DNA of 64,000 nt, from positions 248,001-312,000 of the forward strand of contig MCFH01000042.1 of NCBI GenBank assembly GCA_002104945.1, read 5' to 3'. The notes beneath the pieces are model-generated. The model was given only the letters and a program-made list of their open reading frames with translations, was not told the origin of the DNA and ran no database searches. Positions 56,465 through 64,000 of the stretch are shown in pieces (position 1 is the stretch's first letter; every line of letters begins with the position of its first letter). The position numbers were made by a program, and so were the translations under genes. The DNA is from Piromyces finnis finn. Taxonomy: Eukaryota; Fungi; Neocallimastigomycota.

Positions 56465-59400
56465 TTTTATTTTTTTAAAAACTAAATTCTTTTATTTATA
56501 AAAAACGCGTTACTACAAAATAAAAAAATTTTTTTTTTCATTTAATGATAAAAAATAAAGAGATTTATTGATAGCTAAATAAATAATATATACAACATAT
56601 ACACTACCTTTTAAATAAGGAATATTGAATTTGATTTTGGTGCAATAGAAACTTTAATAATAATAAAACTTTATGTTTTTTTCTTTAAATTATTAAACTA
56701 ATAATTTTATCACCACTCTATCTACATTATATATTAATATTATTATTTATAAATAAAAAAAAATGAATATTAAATATTAAAATTTCGGCAGTAAACATTT
56801 TTTTTAAATATTATTTAGAGGTAATTGAATTTTTTTAATAAGTTTTATAATACATAGTTATATTATTTATTTATTTTCTCTCTAAAACTATTTGACAAAT
56901 AGTGTTATAGAATAAAACAAAAAAAATAATAACATACTATATTATAAACCATTTATTATCCAATTATTTATTACTAATAATTATATAAAATATTTTTATT
57001 AATGATAATGTACCTTTTATGAATTATAACAAAATAAATAGTTGATTCTATCAATGATATATATATTTCTAAATGATAGTCTAATAAAATATTTATCTTT
57101 TACTTCAATTATACACTTTTTTTTTTATCCATATAAATAATATATAAAGAATATGCTATATATTATATTGTCATTATTTATATGGATTGATAAATGTTTT
57201 GTCTTTTTTATTTATTATAAATAAAATACTTTGTTTTTTATAATTTTATAGTAATCTATTTCTTTTCTTTTTTTTTTCTATAATACAAATGTTTTTATAA
57301 AATAGTTTTTTTTCTCTAAAAGAAAAAAAAGTTTTGGAAAAAAATTGGTTTTATAAAGGAAAAAAAAATAAAAGATGAAATGGATATTTATTAATTTTAA
57401 ATAATTATTAAATTAAATCGTTTATTATTTAATAATTATAATATAAAATATATAAAAATAAATAAATAAAAAAACATGAAAAAGATGAAAAAAAAAAAAG
57501 AATTTAATCAATAAATAAAATAGTATTGTAGAATAAATTATATTCTATGTATGACTTTATTTTATTGTATATTTATTATATATTATTATATATCTGTAAT
57601 TAAATTTTATATAAAGTTTAATTTTTTTTGAAAAATTAATTAAAATTATATATTAATTTTTATGAATGGTAACCTTTTTTTTTAATTTATATATTAAAAG
57701 GAGATAACAGACCAATTTTAGTATTCTATTCCAATTTTAAATAAATATATTTCCAGTATATTACAATTATATTGGTTTAATATATAATTATAAATATTAA
57801 ACTCTATGAAATCAATAAAAAACCAATACAATTCATAATCAAAATAATATATTATATATTATTATAAGAATAATATCAAATGTAAATGGTTATTCTATAT
57901 TTTTATGTTTACATCATACAAAATGAAAAAAATTGTACAAAGTTTATTATATAATAAAAGTATAAAAATAAACTTTAATAATTAATAAAATGAAGGTACA
58001 AAGAAAAACCTCTCCATTTACAATATATGAATATTAATTGGTTTGTGAATATTTAATATATTAGATAAACTATAAAATAAAACCATTTAAATTAAACGTT
58101 TTCATTTCTAGTTTTGTTTGTATTCATACATTTATTAAAGTATAATTTAATATATTTATATTTTAATGAATTTAATCATGGAATTTGTATAATAAAGTTT
58201 TATTCAATATTTAATGGAATTTTTTTTAAAACTTTAATAAATTAAATTTTTAATTTATTGTATTGAGATTTAATATATAGAGAATAATTATATATATAAT
58301 TTTAAATTGAAACTATATATTAATATATATAAGAATTGACATCAATAGAATTAATTTAATTTAAAAAATGTTGCTTAACTACTTAAAACTTTACATCAAT
58401 ATCCTATTCATAATAATTTATTTTAATAGATTATAATATATATCTACATATATTATAATTTAATCAATAGTATTTTAAATTAAATTGACAATTAAAAAAA
58501 GGATCATTTCACAATTTTATTAAGGTAATTAAAAGAAAAACGAATACCTTCACAATAGAAGGTCAAAATAAATTAAAAATGTTTGAATTTTTATTATGGA
58601 AAAAAAATTTTTTTTCTGTAAATGTACTTTTATTTATCCAAAAAAAAAAATTGTGGTTGTTTTGTTAGCCAATTTACAGTATTGCTATGCTATAATTTTA
58701 CCTAACTCTTCCGTATAAGAAAATATTTTGGCAAATGGTTTTATACTATTTGAAAATCACAAAACTTTAGTTGAAGAAAAAAAAAGTAATGAAAGGTAGG
58801 TTTTTTTTTATTTATCTAATCTTTAATATTTTCTATTTGAATTTTTAATAATAAAAAAAGTATCTCTTACAATTTAGACATAATGATGAGGATGACACGT
58901 TTTATTTTCATGCCAATTAATTTAAATAGATAAAAATACTTTTAATTAATTTATTTATATATTACAATATATTATAATATATTAAGATTGAAATAAATAC
59001 CACATTTTTTTAAAAATTTTTTTAATGGCCTATTTAAAGTTATTTTGTGGAAATGTATGAAAAAGTGGTTTTTATCCTGCTAGAAAAAAAAGCAATAATC
59101 ATACAATGTATCTATGTATCTATAGCTATAGAAAAAGTGTTTTTATTTTTTGGTTGTTGAGTAAAATATTTCAATAAGGATATTAATGGTATTAATTAAT
59201 CAATCATCTAAGCCTAAAGTAAATAAAAAGCCATTTAAAATAACTTTAATAAATAGTATTTCATAGGAATTACCTATTTAATTTAAATCATAAAATATTT
59301 AGTTTCAACTACTATAAAAGTAAAATTTATGATGGATGATAGTTGTCATTATTATTAATTAGCTTATAATTATAACCACAATAATGAAAACAGCAATAGT

Positions 59401-62400
59401 AATAATAACAATAATGACAGAAGGAACAAAAATGATGATGACAATAACAACAACAATAATAATAAAATTATCTTTAATTATTATTAAACAAGGTAGGATA
59501 TTTTATTTCATCCAAATAATATCCCAAGAATATTCATACAAAGTATTTTGTTAGAAAGATTATTAAAATTAAAATCAATGCCTGATTATCTTTTCTCATG
59601 GTAGCCCATAGCCATCTATTGCAAAAAAAAAAATAATCTAAATATAATTTTTATGTATTAAGGATGACTCTTTTTAAACCAAATTAATAAATGTTTTAAA
59701 TTTTATTAATTATTAATTAATTTTAATTATAGAAAAAAAAAATTTTTTTTTCTATTCTAATTTTTTAATATTAAAATAAATAAATAAAATTTATAACACA
59801 CTACAGCCATATGAATAACATAGTAATATTTTATAAAATAAGAATAAATATCATCACCTATTTATTGAATTGTCTATTTTTTTTATAGTTACTTTAACCT
59901 TTATTCCTATCCGACTTTTTTTTTTTTTTGAGTAATTTTTATTTCAAACACTCTTTCTTTATAAAAAAAAATTGGTTTTTTAACATGGTAAAATTAATAT
60001 TTCCATATTTGTAAAATTCAAACAAATTTAATAAAGTAAACATGGATAGTATATATAAAGTTATATTGCAATAGAAATTATAATTTTTATTTTATAATTT
60101 ATTAAAAGAAATTTAATTTATTTAATTTTAATCTAATATTAAGTAAATATATTCTTATTTGGTAAAATGGAGTACAAGATAAATTAAAAATTAATCTTAA
60201 TTTTAAATCAATGAACTTTTTCATTTAAATCATTTATTTTGTTTTTGTTTTTGTTTTTTAATAAGTAAAAAATAAAATGAGCTTATTGGTTTCATTTATT
60301 TACACAGAATTAAATTTAAATAATAGATTGGTATGGAATTTAAATTTTGATAAATAATAAAGTTTATTTTCATTAGTATTCTAATACAAATAAAATCATT
60401 TTTGTAATTAGTAATACAATTTCATTTTAATTTTATGATATATTATCCATATATTGATTTAATTTGTCAAACCTTGTACAAATTTAATTTCATTATATTA
60501 GTGGTATGGAAGAAAAAAATTTGTAAAAATAAAAAAAAAAGAGGGTGTATAAATGTATAACATTATTTATTTATTTGAGAAAAACGATCCAATCGATCAT
60601 ATAATTTTGTCAACCAGAAATAAGGTAATAGCAAGCATCAAAACAAATCGTATTAATGCTAAAAAAATATGTTATTAGGATTATAAATATTATAAATCAT
60701 ATCATTAGTTAGTATTGTAACCTTTAACCTAATGTAACAGAAAAAGGTATTTATTATTATTGTAAAACCATCATTACCTAAATATTATTATTAATATTAT
60801 AAATAAATATTATAAATATTAAAAATATTAAAAATCTATCATAATAATAAAATTATAAAGTTTTACAATTAAATTAAAATTTACTTAATCGTCATAGATT
60901 TAATAATAAATAAAGTTTACTATTATATTTATTTTTTTTCAAAATCTTTTAATGAATTACTTAAAAAGTCTAAATTAAATTTTTAATAATAGAAAATAAT
61001 AAAAGTAATTAAACTTTAATAAATAATAAAATTTAAATTTATCCAATATGAATTAATAATGATTTGTTTTTTTTTTTACTATAATAAAATATGAATGAAT
61101 AAATAATACTCTAAAGATAGATCATAGTTAAATAATCAAAGGATAAATATTTTACTATTAATTGAAATAAAAGAAAAACATTTTTTAATTCCTTTATATT
61201 TTATTTTAATCTATGAATTTGTCATGCATGACTAGTATTCTTAATTTAAAACATTTATTTTTAATTCATAATAAATTTATTAGTTTTGTTTATTTGTTTG
61301 TTTGTTTGTTTGTTTTTATCTCATCCTACAAAAAGTAAACGTTTTTTTACCATATATGTTTTTTTTTTTAAAAAAAATTATACATCTAAAAGATAAAACC
61401 ATAAATAATTAAAAATGTCCATTGATATAACAATTTAAGTTTTCATAATAATAACCTTAATAATTCTAATTTATTATTCATTTTAATTAATGAATGCATG
61501 AATAATTAAATAAATAAATAAATATTAAGAAGGAAATAAATAAATAATAATTACTATAGTAAATAAATAATTAATAATAATAATAATTAATATTATTAAT
61601 AAAAATTATTATTGAATTATTTATTTATTCCTCTTAATATTATTGTTGTTTCCAAATTTCTGGTATAATTTTATAATTGTTACATGTAAAATAGTTAATA
61701 ATTATTCTATAATAATATATAATACTTTTCTTTTTTAAAAAAAGGAGGTTCTAACAATATTTAAAATAATATTACTTTAAAAATTATTTATCTGGTAAAT
61801 GTTACAAAAAAATGTTTCAAATTTAGATTATAATTAAATAATATTTTGTTAGAGTGGACTTTAAAAGATATTTAGTATTATCTTTTAACTCTATTATTTA
61901 CGTTTAAATGATTTGTTTAATAATAAAATGTAAAATAAATAAAACCTTTTTTTTTTATCTCTGAACCAGTAGTAGTGGCATTAGTAATAGCATTGAAGCA
62001 GTGTTGCTTTAGTTGTGGTAATTAGTACCAGCAAGCAACATCTATCTGTGGATGTGATGGCGATTGAACAACATATTTTGGTTTTTATAGATTAAAAAAA
62101 ACCATGGTTGAAAATTAAAAAGAAACGTAGTACAATAAAAAAGCTGACGAATTAACATTAATACATTTTTAAGAATAAATTAATAATTGAACCAATAAAA
62201 ATTTGAATATATACGTTGTGTAACACTAATCAATAGATTAAATAGATTAGAAAGTAAAGAAAGTTTGGTATAGATAATCAAATAAAGTAAAATTTTTTTT
62301 AATTTATTTATATATTAAATAAATAAGAATTATAAAATTAATTTATTTATATATATATTGCAATCAATTTATTGTGTTTCATTGTTAATTATGATCGAGC

Positions 62401-62824
62401 ATTTTAAAAAAGGAAATAAATAAATAAATAAATAATAAAATAAATAAATTAATGAATCAACAATATAAAATACTATTTAATAATAATAATAATACTAATT
62501 ATTAGTATTATTTATGAATATTAGTATTAATTATAGTATTAAAAAATCCACTTTTTTTTTTTTAAAAAAAAAAACAATATTAATATTACCTTAATAGTTT
62601 TTTTTTTTTTTTTTTTTTTATTATTTCATAATACTATGAAGGTGTAAGCATTAAAAACTTTTGAATTAATAACAAATAACATAAAAATATCTATCCTTTT
62701 TGCTGATTTGTGTCATTCATCATTCACCAACAATCCAATAAAACCTTTACTTTCTCATTTTTTTTAGGGTAAATGAGAAAATATAGGTTTTAATGAAACA
62801 TTTCTTCATGTGTGTATCATATAA

Positions 62825-62834
62825 ACACGTGATA
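62825..62834. promoter_or_regulatory. Candidate E-box (ACACGTGATA)
   Basis: CACGTG in extremely AT-rich, CpG-poor DNA; an identical 10-mer recurs at 63832-63841. Confidence 0.3.
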
Positions 62835-63831
62835 GAAACTATTGAGATATTGTCTTTATATTCCTCTTAACCATACCAATTTTTTTTTATTTAAAAACTT
62901 TTATAAAAATGTATCGATAAATTGTATCTCTTATTAAAAAAAAAAAAAGGTATTTTATTGCCGAGGTCTTTGAAAAGGTCTTTTCTTTCTTTCATCATTC
63001 TTATTTTTTGAGTTTTTTATAAATTATATAAAAAAAACTTTAATAATTTATATATTCATAATATATAATAAATACAATGATAATATATAGATTTAATATT
63101 AAACTACTATATATAAAAAAGAAATATTCAATTACCACAATTACTTTCACACCACAACCCTACCACAAAATATGAGAAAAAAAGATACAATGATGATGCT
63201 TTTAGTTTTTACTCCTCCTTTTTATTTTATATAGAAGGAAATAATAATATCAAAGATATTATTACCTTTTTTTTTTTCCTAATAATAATTAGTCTCATTA
63301 CAAATTTATATTGATATTTTTTTTTCCTCCATGATAACATGAGTCATAATCGTGGTTGTATAATGTATACATTATTGTATTTAATGTATATATATGAAGA
63401 GTTTATGGTGAAAGTAAAATGAAATTTTTATTGTTATTATTGTTGTCATCATCGTTACTGTTGTTGCTGTTGTTGTTGTCCTTATCGTTGTTGTTTATTT
63501 CTTTTATTTCCATTTATGATATTTGGCATAGTAATTTTGATGTTGAAAAAAAGATGATTTAATGATGGTTTGTTACTTTAAAAATAAAATTTTTAATGTA
63601 ACCATAAAGAGCAATAGTAAAAAAAAAAGTTTTATTTTAGATGTAACTATATATTATAAATACATTATATTTCTATTAATTATTATAATTTTAAATATAT
63701 TATAATATAATAGAAACTTTTTAGAGTTTTTTAATGAAAAAAGAAACTTTTCTTTTTTACTGATAAACTCTTCTATTTTAATTTAATTTAGTCATATTAA
63801 AATGTAATGAATGAATAAACAATGTATAGAT

Positions 63832-63841
63832 ACACGTGATA
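63832..63841. promoter_or_regulatory. Candidate E-box (ACACGTGATA)
   Basis: Second copy of the same 10-mer as 62825-62834. Confidence 0.3.
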
Positions 63842-64000
63842 AATACATGGAAATGAATGTTGCATTTTGTTGACCAATTTTTAATCCGACATAAAAAATA
63901 AAAAAATATATTGAAAAAAAAGTAATTTTTTTTTTTTTTTGTATATTTTGATTATCCTATATGGTTATATTTTTCATGAAAAATGATGATACTATTAGTA

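Overview
Very AT-rich eukaryotic genomic DNA with GT-AG spliceosomal introns, many (AAT)n/(TAAA)n microsatellites and Asn-rich low-complexity proteins. It most likely comes from an anaerobic gut fungus (Neocallimastigomycota); this is inferred from composition and protein families, not from a database search. Genes in order: 5' end of enolase (-), intronless bacterial-type MscL channel (+), a ~2,000-aa acidic/2xRRM/RS-repeat protein (+), a MIT-like/DH-PH RhoGEF (+), two tandem paralogous RING E3 ligases (+; one intronless, one with an intron in the RING), RRB1/GRWD1 (+), MED13 (-) head-to-head with RBA50/RPAP1 (+), eIF5B (+) and an Esc1-like bHLH factor (-). The last ~7.5 kb is non-coding. The most notable unexplained feature is a ~545-bp GC-richer insertion at 15623-16168. 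It looks like a tRNA-Ala-derived SINE with a 13-bp target-site duplication, a hairpin-rich body with GNRA tetraloops, an A/(TA)n tail and an internal copy of its own target-site sequence. Also present are a perfect 48-bp hairpin upstream of mscL, MITE-like inverted repeats, and four unrelated minisatellites with 46-48-nt periods.
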